Part shown: piece after piece, positions 37,530-50,316 of the stretch
Layout: each line of letters starts with the position of its first letter
Numbering within the stretch: the first letter of the stretch is position 1
NCBI RefSeq assembly: GCF_020745735.1
Contig: NC_083408.1
Span: 30,286,484-30,350,483, forward strand
Length of the DNA stretch: 64,000 nt
Reading direction: 5' to 3'
DNA from: Hemiscyllium ocellatum
Taxonomy: Eukaryota
The notes under the pieces: model-generated
Seen by the model: the letters and a program-made list of their open reading frames with translations, nothing else
The model's database searches: none
What the model was told of the DNA's origin: nothing
Position numbers and translations under genes: made by a program

Positions 37530-37565
37530 ATGTGTGTGCGCGCGCATGCACGTATGTGCATGTGT
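37530..37565. repeat. Alternating purine-pyrimidine tract (Z-DNA potential) in the last RAD51 intron
   Basis: atgtgtgtgcgcgcgcatgcacgtatgtgcatgtgt, 36 bp of strict R/Y alternation. Confidence 0.8.
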
Positions 37566-39449
37566 CAGAAGACACTTGTTCCAGAGAACAGTCAAAGGCA
37601 AATGATAACCTTTTCACCAATAATGTGGCAAAGGGGACTAGAAAAATAGCAAAGTTAGAGGACTAAGAGAATCAGAGTTATAAAACTAAAGAAAGTTGTA
37701 CAATTAGGGTCAGAAACTTGGAGAAGAAATTGAAATGTTGCTTGAGAGAATGGGATGAAATGTAGGCCAATGGACAGTCTAAAGTTGAGCTGAGTTGTGC
37801 AGGTTACATTCCAGACAATATCCTTTCAGAACTTCTGGAATTTACAAAGGGTAGGAGGATAAGAGCCAGCAAAGATGCATTAGAAAAGGAGAGTCAGTCC
37901 AGAGAGTATGAGTAAGTGTCTGGTTGGTGGATGGATTTTGATGAGTGGAAGGAAACATTTACTGCAGAGTTGGAAATAAGCAGTCTTTGTAATGAAGTGG
38001 ATATAGGGCTTGAAGTTCAGTTCAAAGTTTCAACTTTACATGGTCTGGCTTAATCTGATGGGAGTCAGGAAATAAGTGATGCCAGTCACAAAGCAATAAT
38101 GATTGAATCTTCATATTTTCTCCAGTGTATTATCAGGTCTTCAGCAGACACTTCATTACATGTGACGAAGTCAATTAATTCAGATTTCCTAATGTTTAGT
38201 TGGAGGAAGCTGTGATTCATCAAATAACTTAGGTATTAGTGTAACATCATGGATGCAGTCAAGGGGAAGGAATGGAGCAGCAGGACTGGGTATTATTAGT
38301 ACACATGAAAACAATCCTGTGCCATCTAATTGATATCGTCAATCGGAAAGAGACAGTGGTTGATTTAGTATGAGCAAGAAACTTGAATCACCAGCAAAGG
38401 TGTTCTATCAAAGGTAATAGATGGCACATAGGAAAGCCTCAGTGACATCAAGGATTTGAAAATGGAAGGGAAAGAAGAGTTTAAAGGAATAGTTTAAAGG
38501 ATCAACAGAACATAACTGGATGTCACATGATCCTTATTTGCATTCCATAACAAATACAGTACTCTATTTACTAAAACATGACATTTAAAACAGTTTCACA
38601 TAGCAGGTTCAAATTACAAGGTATGGTGAAGTAGCAATAAGCTAATTGTTTTTCAGAGAACATCACCCATTGCTGTTCTAAACACAGCTGAATTTTCACT
38701 GGGAATCTCACTTCATTGCAGAAAATGTGACAGTTCAATAATAACTTTATATGGTACACTCCGGGTAATTAGTTTCAGATTGGCAATTAAATAGCTGGAG
38801 CAAAGATTAAATTACTCTAATGTGGTTACCAGATTGCATTTCCCAAAAGAATTATTTTTAAAACTAAGGACTAAAATACATTTCAGCCAAACTCCTGCAA
38901 GAAAGTAAATACAAGTAATAAAGAGGTGATATGATGAAATGCATCTGGTCACAATTCCAGTTGGTTATCGGATCAAGAGAACATTTAACATGCATGAAGG
39001 ATTTTATATTTCTATTGCATTTAAAGCAGCATAAGGAATGGAGGAGAGAAAGAAGCAGAAGAAAGAAAGATGCAATAAAATTAGCATGTACAACTAATCA
39101 CAGGCTAGGTTTCTTTAAAAGGTGGACAATAAGCATTTCAAAACAATAAAAGCAGCAGGTTGCAAACAAAGTGACTTGTACGGTTTCTTAGCTAGTTACG
39201 GGAATAGCGGATAACACTAGAGAGTCCAACAAATTTTAGTATATGTTCTATTTCTGTAAACAATTTTTTTTCACCTCATCATGAAATACCTCACATGCAT
39301 TTGCAGAAAATTTGCTTGAGTTCAATACCACCTTGTCATTAATGTGTGTTCCTTAGACTAGTCATATTCAGCCATGACAATGCAGGTCAAGTCAAAGATA
39401 ACCAGTGTTTTCAAACCTGTGCATGATCTGTTAGATCTACTTCTGTAAT

Positions 39450-40730
39450 GGTTTTAGTAAGGGGAGGTCATGCCTGACAAACCTACTGGAATTTTTTGAA
39501 GAGGTAACAAGTAGGTTAGACCAGGGAAACCCAGTGGATGTGGTCTATCTAGACTTTCAAAAGGCCTTTGATAAGGTGCCACACGGGAGGCTGCTGAGCA
39601 AGGTGAGAGCCCATGGTGTTCGAGGTGAGCTGCTGGGATGGATTGAGGATTGGCTGTTTAACAGAAGGCAGAGAGTTGGGATAAAAGGTTCTTTTTCAGA
39701 ATGGCAGCCGGTACGAGCGGTGTCCCGCAGGGTTCAGTGTTGGGGCCACAGCTATTCGCATTATGTATTAATGATTTGGATGAGGGGACTGGGGGCATTC
39801 TAGCGAAGTTTGCCGATGATACGAAGTTAGGTGAACAGGCAGGTAGTACTGAGGAAGTGGGGAGGCTACAGAAGGATCTAGACAGGTTGGGAGAGTGGTC
39901 CAGGAAATGGCTGATGGAATTTAACGTGAGCAAGTGCGAGGTCTTGCACTTTGGCAAAAAGAATAAAAGCATAGACTACTTTCTAAATGGTGAGAAAATT
40001 AGTAAAGCCAAAGTACAAAGGGATCTGGAAGTGCTAGTCGAGGATTCTCTAAAGGTAAACATGCAGGTTGAGTCCGTGATTAAGAAAGCGAATGCAATGT
40101 TGTCTTTTATCTCAAGAGGGTTGGAATATAAAAACAGAGATGTGCTATTGAGATTTTATAAAGCTCTGGTTAGGCCCCATTTGGAGTACAGTGTCCAGTT
40201 TTGGTCCCCACACCTCAGGAAGGACATACTGGCACTGGAACGCGTCCAGTGGAGATTCACACGGATGATCCCTGGAATGGCAGGTCTAACATATGAGGAA
40301 CGGCTGAGGATCCGGGGATTGTATTCGTTGGAGTTTAGAAGATTGAGGGGAGACTTAATAGAGACGTACAAGATAATACATGGCTCGGAAAGGATGGACG
40401 CTAGGAAATTGTTTCCGTTAGGCGAGGAGACTAGGACCCGTGGACACAGCCTTAGAATTAGAGGGGGTCAATTCAGAACAGAAATGCGGAGACATTTCTT
40501 CAGCCAGAGAGTGGTGGGCCTGTGGAATTCATTGCCACAGAGTGCAGTGGAGGCCGGGACACTAAATGTCTTCAAGGCCGAGATTGATAGATTCTTGTTG
40601 TCTCGAGGAATTAAGGGCTACGGGGAGAACGCTGGTAAGTGGAGTTGAAATGCCCATCAGCCATGATTGAATGGCGGGCGGAGTGGACTCGATGGGCCGA
40701 ATGGCCTTACTTCCACTCCAATGTCTTATG
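39450..40730 (+). mobile_element. Young 5'-truncated CR1 LINE in RAD51 intron 9 (antisense)
   Basis: 315-aa uninterrupted RT C-terminal ORF 39701-40648 ([31 protein letters not shown]); one frameshift upstream; possible GTAAT TSD at 39445-39449 and 40731-40735. Confidence 0.97.
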
Positions 40731-41500
40731 GTAATTCCAACTATATTACAAAATAAGATATATAATTTGCTTTTTGCTATTAGCCTTCCCTATTCTATGG
40801 AGACATGTTCTATAGTTTGATAAAACATTTTTTAAGAGGAATTCCTCAAGTTCCCAGCTCAACTAATATCCAGCAATTATAAAACAATTGATGATGTATT
40901 ATCTTTTTGATGAATAAATTATCTATGTCTGGCATCAAGGCTCATGTATGAACACAAGAACAAAATAAAATGCCAATGGTCACTCAAAGCTGCTCTGCCA
41001 ATGGGATTGATCTGCTCCTTGCCACAACCCAATTATCTCACCTATTCCCATAACACTCAATTACACTGTTAAAAAAATCTCTATCTCAGCCTTGAATATA
41101 CTCAATGACAGCCTCCAGCATGAAAAATGCTCACGTTGATACGGTGTCAATTTGTGATTGTCATCCATTAAATTACATGGCACTAAGACAGTTAAGCTTA
41201 CAACTATGGAGGGGTCACAGTTGGAAAAGATTGTTAAATTATTCTCAAGTAATTGAAACAAATAATTTAAAGTACAAGGTAACAGTCTCAAACAATTTGG
41301 ACTTTGTAGATTGCACTCCAGTTGCAAAGCAAACTTGAAATCAGTTGGTTAAACTCTATCTAGAAATTTGTGAAACTTCAACTGTTAAACTTGTATCACT
41401 CAGCTTTGCTCAATTACATTTGTCTGCCCATCTACCCAGGATACACAAAAGAAAACAAAATTTTTGTCCTGCATGATTACCATCTTTTAATTCCATCTTA

Positions 41501-41623
<123 letters not shown>

Positions 41624-42109
41624 CTAGAAGAAAAATAAGTGCAAGATGTTAGGATGTGATGGACACTCCTCCAATTTCAATACATTACAGAAATCTCAAT
41701 TCTTCTCTTTTAGTTTCCCTGTCCCTTTTGGATCCACTTCCTACACACAAAGGAGAAATTTACATTTCAGAAAGCCAATGTAAACAAGGGCTTTGCCGGA
41801 AAAGCTAAGAATACAAAGTTGCAAAATCCTATGGAACAGACCCAGTATCAGTAAGAACCAATAAAGTGATAACTGATTCAAACACTGCAAACATAATACA
41901 AAACTGACCCACTGACTGAATGCACCTGAAGTGCTGACAGGCATATTCAACTTTCAGTGGAAACACTTGCAGTATTGTGACAATCTCTACAAAGCACGTA
42001 ACATGAAGCTGTATTGCAAAACTCTACATTCAAATGCACGTGTTCAAATCTGTTAATTTTCAGGGTTTTTGATCAAATATATACAAATAAAATAAAAAAT
42101 ATAAATGAA

Positions 42110-42326
42110 TGCAAGTGCAAATGCTGTGAAAAATCTGAAGTGAAAATAGAAAATGCTGGAAACTCTAAGCGGGTGAGGTAACAACTGTAAAGAAAGAAAT
42201 ACAGTTAATGTTAAGTTGAAACGCTAGAACCAGTTCAGAAAAGAAATTGAGCAGAATCATTAACTCTGTTTCTTTCATCACAGGTGCTGCCTGATCTGAT
42301 GAGGAATTTCAACATATTGTGTTTCA
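42110..42326. mobile_element. Old Penelope-derived foldback element
   Basis: aaagaaatacagttaatg mirrored by cattaactctgtttcttt; reverse complement of the family tail at the left end. Confidence 0.55.
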
Positions 42327-42967
42327 ATAAAAACCATAATTAGCATTTTGCAATGTTAGCAACAAACTTCCTTGTGTACATCCTAATAATAGTCCTCTAT
42401 TTCAATAAGAAAATAGGATGACTTAATAAAGACAAAATATGCATTGGACAGGAAGTCAGTGATGAAAATCAACTGTCAAAGTAAGCAGAAGAGCAAGTTA
42501 TAGGGAGCTGTTCAAACATGTAATTCTTTACCATAGGGTTTAGTGAAGAAAAGATTATATCACATGGAAGTGGAGAAGTACGTAAAACATTGGAAAACAC
42601 AAGGGTACAGTTAGACCACAGGATTAGTTACATTGGTTTACGAATGAGCTCCAGGCATACAAGATTGATCAAATAGCCCAGCTGTGCTATGAATGTTTAT
42701 CATTCTAGACAACACTACTGGACGTTTGTCCCTAACTATTTGGTATACAAAAAGAATTTGAGAATAAGGTGGACAGTAAGCATTTTGAAAGCTGGATTTT
42801 TTTTTGAGTATTTAGATCCCACTTATTAAGAACATCAGATTCCCACAAGTTACCACAACACAAAATGTTAGCAATCTTCTTAATTGACTCCCAAATCAAA
42901 ATAATATTATTCTATATTTATCTTGTCTTACGTTACCTCAGATATTTCTTACAAGTCTCCTCTATCA

Positions 42968-43255
<288 letters not shown>

Positions 43256-43429
43256 TCAACAATGTGAGGACAGAAGTACTTGGGGAAAAGCTATTAGTCT
43301 CCATCAAAATTCATATTGAGCGTTCTTTCATTCAACTACATATTGATTGCACGACTTATCCCTCCACTATCTGGTCACAAAATTAATCCAAAAATTAATT
43401 CATCCCTTGAGTAAGAGAGTATGGTATTA

Positions 43430-43872
43430 AATTATTTGGAGGCTTCATTGTGTGATTCTATCCTCACATCATTGTACAACTGTTATACCTATCAGGGTAT
43501 TCTAGCCAGTTGGTTTGCCTCTATTACTATTTTACTTTTGATTTATTTGCAATTATCTCTCAACTTCATTAAAAAGGATCATAGGTCATCTCTTGCAGTT
43601 GACACTTTACTCACCCTGTTTGACACTTTTCATCACCTGCAAAGACTGTCAACATTCCACTCACACTGTCTGTACTTATTTTTTGACACTCTGGAATTAT
43701 CTTGCCACTATTGCTCTGCATATATAAATTGTGTGCCTGTGCAGTTCCCACCACTTTACCTGACGAAGGAGCAGCGCTTTGAAAGCTTGCGATTTCAAAT
43801 AAACCTGTGAGCTATAACCTGATTTTGAGAGACTTTGTCCACCCCAGTCCAACACCCGCAACTCCACATCAT
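43430..43872 (+). mobile_element. Penelope-like 3' fragment with hammerhead (AGCT stem III family)
   Basis: CTGACGA-A-GGAGC-AGC-GCTTT-GAAA-GCTT at 43760-43788, then aaataaacctg...ccccagtccaacac; same family as 57334. Confidence 0.75.
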
Positions 43873-43874
43873 CA

Positions 43875-46800
43875 CTAGAAAAGTAGTATTAAACCAACTA
43901 ATGGGGTTGAAGGTAGATGAGTTCCCTTACCCTGATAGCTTGCATCCTAAGATCCTAAAAGTAGAGATTGTGTATAAAGTAGAGATAGTTTGTAATTTAC
44001 TAAAAACCCTTGTATTATGGGGAAGTACCAGCGGATTGGAAAACTGCCAATATGACACCTCTAATCAAAAAAGAGGTAACTACGCCAATTAGCCCAATAT
44101 CTATTTTTGGAAAAGTATTGGAATCTATTATTAAGAAGTAATAGCAGAACATTTGGAAAATCATAATCTCATCAAGCAGAGTCAGCATGGCTTCATAAAA
44201 AGGAAATTGCATCTGACTAATTTATTTGAGAAGTCTGACCTGGAGTGGATAGAAGAGAACCAGTGGTTGTGTTGTGTTAAGACTGCCAGAAACCATATGA
44301 TAAGTTAAGTCCTAAGATAAGAACCCATGGTATTTAAGGGAGTATATTGGTTTGGATAGAGAATTGGCTCATAGGCAGAGAACAGTGAGTGGGGATAGGG
44401 GGTATTTTGAGGTTGGCAACCTGTAGCTATTGGGGTTCCACAGGGATCAGAGCTGGGACCTCAGTTGTTTACAATATATATTAATAACTTGGAAAGAAGT
44501 GAATATACTGCAGCCAAATTTACAAATGACATAAAGATAGGTGGAAAGGCAGTTTTTCAGAGGAATACAAATGGTTTACAGAGAAAAATTGACAAGTGAA
44601 ATAAGGGAACAAAAACTTGACAACTGGAGTATAATGTGGGAAAATGTGAAGCTGCTCATTTTGGAAGGGAGAACAAAAGAACAGAATATCATTTAAATGG
44701 AGAAAAACTGAATACAACTGCAACACAAAGAGATTGGGGGAGATACTTGTGCACAAAACACAAAGCTAGTACATGGATGCAGCAGTTAATCAGGAAGGCT
44801 AATGGGATGTTGGCCATTATTTCAAGGGCATTGTGAAATAGAACATAAGAACTCGGAGCAGGGATAAGCCATCTGGCCTTTTGAGCCTGTTCTGCCATTC
44901 AATAAGATCATGGCTGATCTTTTCATGGCCTCAACTCCACTTACCCGCCCTCTCATTGTAATCCTTCATTCCTTTATTGTTTAAAAAAAAACTATCTTAG
45001 CCTTAAAAACATTTACTGAAGTAGCTTCAACTACTGCACTGGGCAGGGAATTTCATAGATACTCAACCCTCTGGGTGAAGAAATTCCCTCTCAATTCAGT
45101 TCTAAATCTGCTTTGCTCTGCCAAGCACCCTAGTGTCATCTGCAACTTTGACACACTACATATAGATCTGAAAATATGTGTTGCTGATGAAGGGCTTATG
45201 CCTGAAACATCGAATTTCCTGTTCCTTGGATGCTGCCTGACCTGCTGCACTTTTCCAGCAACACATTTTCAGCTCTGATCTCCAGCATCTGCAGACCTCA
45301 CTTTTTCCTCGAAGACACTACATATAGATCTCAATTCCAAATCATCTATGTAAATTGTGAATAATTGAAGTCGGGGAGCTTTCCGCAATTGCTCAAGGAG
45401 CTCGGGAGACAGTATCTGGATTACTGCGAGCAGTTTTGATCCCTTTATTTAAGGAAAGATATCATTTCACTGCAGGCAGCTCAGAGAAATTTCACGAGGA
45501 TAATCTCTAGTATGATGGAACCACCTTACAAACAATGGCTAAACAGGATGGAACTCTACTCATTGGAGTTTAGAAGAAGGAAGATTACCTCATTGAAACA
45601 TATAGGATTTTTAAGCAGCTTGACAGTACATGCTCCAATAAGGTTTCCTCTCATGGGAGTGTCTAGGACCAGAGGAGCATATTCTCAGAATTAAGGGGGA
45701 CCGATTTAAGACGGAGATGGGGAAAATTTTCTTCTCGCAGAAGTTTGAGCATCTTTGCAACTCCTTGCCATGAAGAACTGGGGAGGTAGAGTTCCTGTGT
45801 ATATTTAAGGCTGAAATTGACAGATACTTGATCTGTAGGGGAATTAAGGGTTATTGGGTAAGAACAGGAAAGTGATTTGCGAGAAATATTGGACAAACCA
45901 TGATCTCAGTGAATGGTGAAGTAAGTTCGAAGAGCGAAACAGCCTACTCCTTTTTCTAATTCCTGCTGACTTAAGTACAAAAGGAATATAGAAGAGGTTA
46001 ATTAAATGGATCTTGTAAAAGCCTTTTAATGAAGTGCCATGTTAGAGACTAACGTAGAGGCAGAGGACAGTGGCCAAATAGATGGTTAGTTGGCTCCAAA
46101 AACAAAGTAGACAGTGAAAATAAAGGTAGTTAGCCAGAGTAGCATATGTTGGGAAAGGGCATTCCACAAGGACCACGTTCACAACTTATATTTAAATTTT
46201 GGACTTTAGAACTAAAATCATAAATGCTACATTTGTGGATGACACCAACTTATGGAATAGTCAATGTTGAGGAGTGCAAAAATTATAGGATCATATTAAT
46301 AAGCTTGCAGATTAGGCTAATAATTGGCAAATTATGTTCAACACAGAATAATGTGTGATAATACACTTTGTTAGAGAGTAGGGAAGTCACATTACTCAGA
46401 AGATACAAGTCTAAGTATGATAAAGGAACAAAGGAGTCTCTGAAAACAAATACATCAATCACGACAAATTGGACCAAAGGGTAGCAAGGCCATAGAAAAA
46501 GCAAACCTAGCAGTAAGTATTGTTTCGAAAGGGATAGAGTTGGAAAACAGGGAAGATATGCTGAGTAACCTTGGTTTGTTTACACAAGCACTGTTTATAG
46601 CTCTGCTTACCATATGAAATGGATAGAGACACACTGGAGAAGGTGCAGAGAAAATTTACAAGGACAATAGTAGAACTGCATGTGCATTAAAAAAATGGCA
46701 AACTGAGAATCTGTTCTTAGGAAAAGGTTAAGGAATGGTCTACCAGGTCTTTAAAATCATGGAAGATTTTGGGAGAATGGACACAGAAAATGTTACATCT

Positions 46801-47040
46801 GAGAGAGAGAGCAAAATACAAAATAAATCACCAAGAAATTCAGAAACTGTAACTTGCTACCACAGTGCTTGTTTGAAGAAAATATTACTGATTATTTATA
46901 GATTACTTAAGACAAGTATTTGAATGAGAAGGAACAGTTGTGATGGCAGATTTAAATTAGAAAAGATGGGAGGAGATTAAATGGAGGATAAACACCTACA
47001 CAGACATATCGGACTGAATGGTCTGCTACCGTACCAAGTA
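43875..47040 (+). mobile_element. Stacked older CR1 fragments in RAD51 intron 7 with internal insertions
   Basis: SQHGFIK, GVPQGSELGP, GKCEAAHFG; a minus CR1 tail at ~44840-45110; a second decayed CR1 from ~45990. Confidence 0.8.
45170..45314 (+). mobile_element. Penelope-derived hammerhead element with 17-bp TSD
   Basis: CTGATGA-A-GGGC-TTAT-GCCT-GAAA-CATC at 45184-45211; perfect direct repeat ACACTACATATAGATCT at 45153-45169 and 45315-45331. Confidence 0.9.
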
Positions 47041-47051
47041 TCCTATATAAC

Positions 47052-47168
47052 GGTGCATTAGGCAGGGGTAAATATAAGGTCGGGTGGGTTGTTCTTTGGA
47101 GGATCGGTGTGGTCTTGTTGGGCCGAAGGGCCTGTTTCCATACTGTAGGGAATCTAATCTAATCTAAC
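47052..47168 (+). mobile_element. HE1 SINE 3' fragment
   Basis: gggccgaagggcctgtttccatactgtagggaatctaatctaatcta. Confidence 0.8.
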
Positions 47169-47466
47169 CATAAGCACATTTAATTTGATGGAGGCAATTA
47201 AGCTTTGTGCTAACTAAGCATAAAAATAGTTTTTTTGCATAAAGAGATTTAAATGCCTGATCCATGAATTGAATATTTTAATATTCCCACCTTTTCCTAA
47301 TAAAATGCGACTCTCCATGTGCATTTGCACAACAGCTACTTTTATACAATTAGGTCAAGATTACTGTGGAGTCATAAAAACAAACTGAAATTATGAAGTG
47401 AATTCTAATGTGGTAGTTTAAAGTTTGATCAATCCTACTATAAACACTCACTAAACAAATCAGTAC

Positions 47467-47580
47467 CTGGATTCTGTCATCATGGCAGATGCTTGATATA
47501 ACAACTGGGTCTGATGATCAGTGTTGAAAGCTCGAGCATATGCAACATTGTCAAGCACGTCACTTCCAGAAAGATTATAT
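47467..47580 (-). CDS. RAD51: RAD51 coding exon (exon 7 equivalent)
   Basis: TTCTAG|ATATAAT...TCCAG|GTACTG; 114 bp; [37 protein letters not shown](R). Confidence 0.98.
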
Positions 47581-47775
47581 CTAGAAAATATAAGCAAAGC
47601 TTCTTTGAATCATAAAAAGCATTGACAACATTATCTCAAAATATGCATCATTAAATTGTTAAATTTGCAAATTACAAAATCTGGCATTATAGTCATGTGC
47701 TTTCTGTCTATGAAGATTCAAAAGAGCTTCCAAAGATTTATCAGTTACCTCACATCAAAGCTTTTAGAAGAGCAA

Positions 47776-49070
47776 GTGTAGGCAAAGTAATGGAAAGGGT
47801 ACTGAGGGATAGGATTTATGAGTATCTGGAAAGTCACTGCTTGATTAGGGACAGCCAGCACGGATTTGTGAGCGGTAGGTCTTACCTTACAAGTCTTATT
47901 GAATTCTTTGAGGAGGTGACCAAGCATGTGGATGAGGGTAGAGCAGTAGATGTAGTGTACATGGATTTTAGTAAGGCATTTGATAAGGTTCCCCATGGTA
48001 GGTTTATGCGGAAAGTCAGGAGGCATGGGATAGTGGGAAATTTGGCCAGTTGGATAGAGAACTGGCTAACCGGTCAAAGTCAGAGAGTGGTAGTAGATGG
48101 TAAATATTCAGCCTGGAGCCCAGTTACGAGTGGAGTTCCGCAGGGATCAGTTCTGGGTCCTCTGCTGTTTGTAATTTTCATTAATGGCTTGGAAGAGGGA
48201 GTCGAAGGATGGGTCAGTAAATTTGCAGATGATACAAAAGATAGGTGGAGTTGTGGATAGTGAGGAGGGCTGTTGTCAGTTGCAAAGGGACTTAGATATG
48301 ATGCAGAGCTGGGCTGAGGAGTGGCAGATGGAATTCAACCCCGTCAAGTGTGAGGTTGTCCATTTTGGAAGGACAAATAAGAATGCAGAATACAGGGTTA
48401 ACGGTAGGGTTCTTAGTAAGGTGGAGGAGCAGATGGATCTTGGAGTCTATGTCCATAGCTCTTTGAAATTTGCCACTCAGGTGGATAGAGCTTGTAAGAA
48501 GGTCTATGGTGTATTAGCGTTCATTAGCAGAGGGATTGAATTCAAGAGTCGTGAGGTGATGTTGCAGCAGTACAGGACCTTGGTAAGGCCACATTTCGAG
48601 TACTGTGTGCAATTCTGGTCGCCTCACTTTAGGAAAGATGTGGAAGCTTTGGAGAGGGTGCAGAGGAGATTTACCAGGCTGTTGCCTGGAATGGAGAATA
48701 GGTCGTACGAGGATAGGTTGAGAGTTTCTCATTGGAATGGCGAAGAATATGGGGAGACTTGATAGAGGTTTATAAGATGATCAGGGGAATAGATAGAGTA
48801 GACAGTCAGAGACTTTTTCCTTGGGTACAACAGTGTTACAAGGGGACATAAATTTAATGTGAAAGGTATAGGGTGGATGTCAGGGGTAGGTTCTTTACCC
48901 AGAGAGTAGTGGGGGCATGGAATGCGCTGCCTGTGGGAGTGGCAGAGTCAGAATCATTGGCGACCTTTAAGCGGCAATTGGATAGGTACATGGATAGGTG
49001 TACATGATGTTCGGCACAACATCGTGGGCCGAAGGGCCTGTTCTGTGCTGTATTGTTCTATCTATGTTCT
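47776..49070 (+). mobile_element. Young CR1 LINE in RAD51 intron 6 (antisense)
   Basis: [13 protein letters not shown]...[12 protein letters not shown]...[14 protein letters not shown]...KFADDTK...RPHFEYCVQFWSP; (ttctat) tail. Confidence 0.96.
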
Positions 49071-50284
49071 ATATTTTTAGATATAGCTCATCTTCATTAA
49101 TATTCTGCAAGACGTGATTTTGTAATATTCACACCAATTACTTAGTAGATAAATCCCAGTGGCTTTTTTTCTAAATTCAATTTCAATCAATATTCAAAGA
49201 TTGAAAAAAAACCTCAAGTTCTTGAGGCTTCCTCCTTCAAAAGTAACACATAATCTGCAAACTACCCAAATATATTTAAACTGCATCTTTTCAATTCATT
49301 TTCTCCTTCCTATTTTAACTACTTAGAATGTCTGCTCCCTAAAGCCCATATTAGTGTTCAATTAGCAGAGGACTGGGTGAACTTCTTTGTATTGTCCACA
49401 TTTATAACATTGCAATGTTCTCAAACAGTGAATATAACCTCCGTTCTTCAAGGAATCACTGTTGGACTGCCACTGACAAGAACGGTGCCATAACAGTGGA
49501 AAGGTATACTTAAATAGCTTCATTATTAATGTGGACATAGAAACCTATGATAGGATTACAAATAGGGATAGAACGCGTGACTTTTAAATTGGACTGAATT
49601 ACATAGGCATAACTCTAATGCTTCTTTTGAATACAGATTTGAAAAGCCGCATTATACATTTTTTAAAAAAGGCATCTGAAACATGGTAAATTAGAAATGG
49701 AATTGCAAAATCGTTGCAGCACAAAGGTAGCTGTTTTGCAGAATGGGATAGAAGTAAATGGGAAATTTCCAGAATTTTAGCTTCTGGTTTTCATTAATGC
49801 TGGGCTTACCTAAGCAAATCTCTTCATGAAGTCAGAAGTCTTCTACTGCAGAGTTAATGTTATTACTAATTATTTCAGCATCAATTTGTGAAAACATAAA
49901 TCTTTAACAACAATAGTCAGGGCAGACGGACTGAAATTTATTGATTTCATGCTGCTCAGAGAAAAACATTTACAATTCACCACTTTTTCATATTGTAGCC
50001 AAAATTCAATGAATGAATTGCTGTCTGAATTATTAGCATTGAGGAGTGAGAGGAGAGATGCGAAGGAGAGTTTGGCAATAGAGAGCAACATTTCCCCTGA
50101 GCTGTGCGGATATAAGGCTATGCAGCAATTGGAAAAGGGCCATGCAGGGGAAAAAAAAAAGACCACAAGCAAGAAGAAATCCTTTAGGTTGTGTTGTGTA
50201 GGACCTTAGCAGTCTCAAAGGAATGCAAGAAACAGGCCACATACAGATAAAAGGAGGTTCAAGAGTGGAAGTATGTATGTGGTG

Positions 50285-50316
50285 GGAGGAGGATGAGGAT
50301 GAGGATGAGGAGGATA
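50285..50316 (+). repeat. (GAGGAT)n-like microsatellite
   Basis: ggaggaggatgaggatgaggatgaggaggat. Confidence 0.8.

Noticed and set aside
39701-40648. 315-aa ORF as a host gene
   Set aside because: It is the C-terminal RT region of a truncated CR1.
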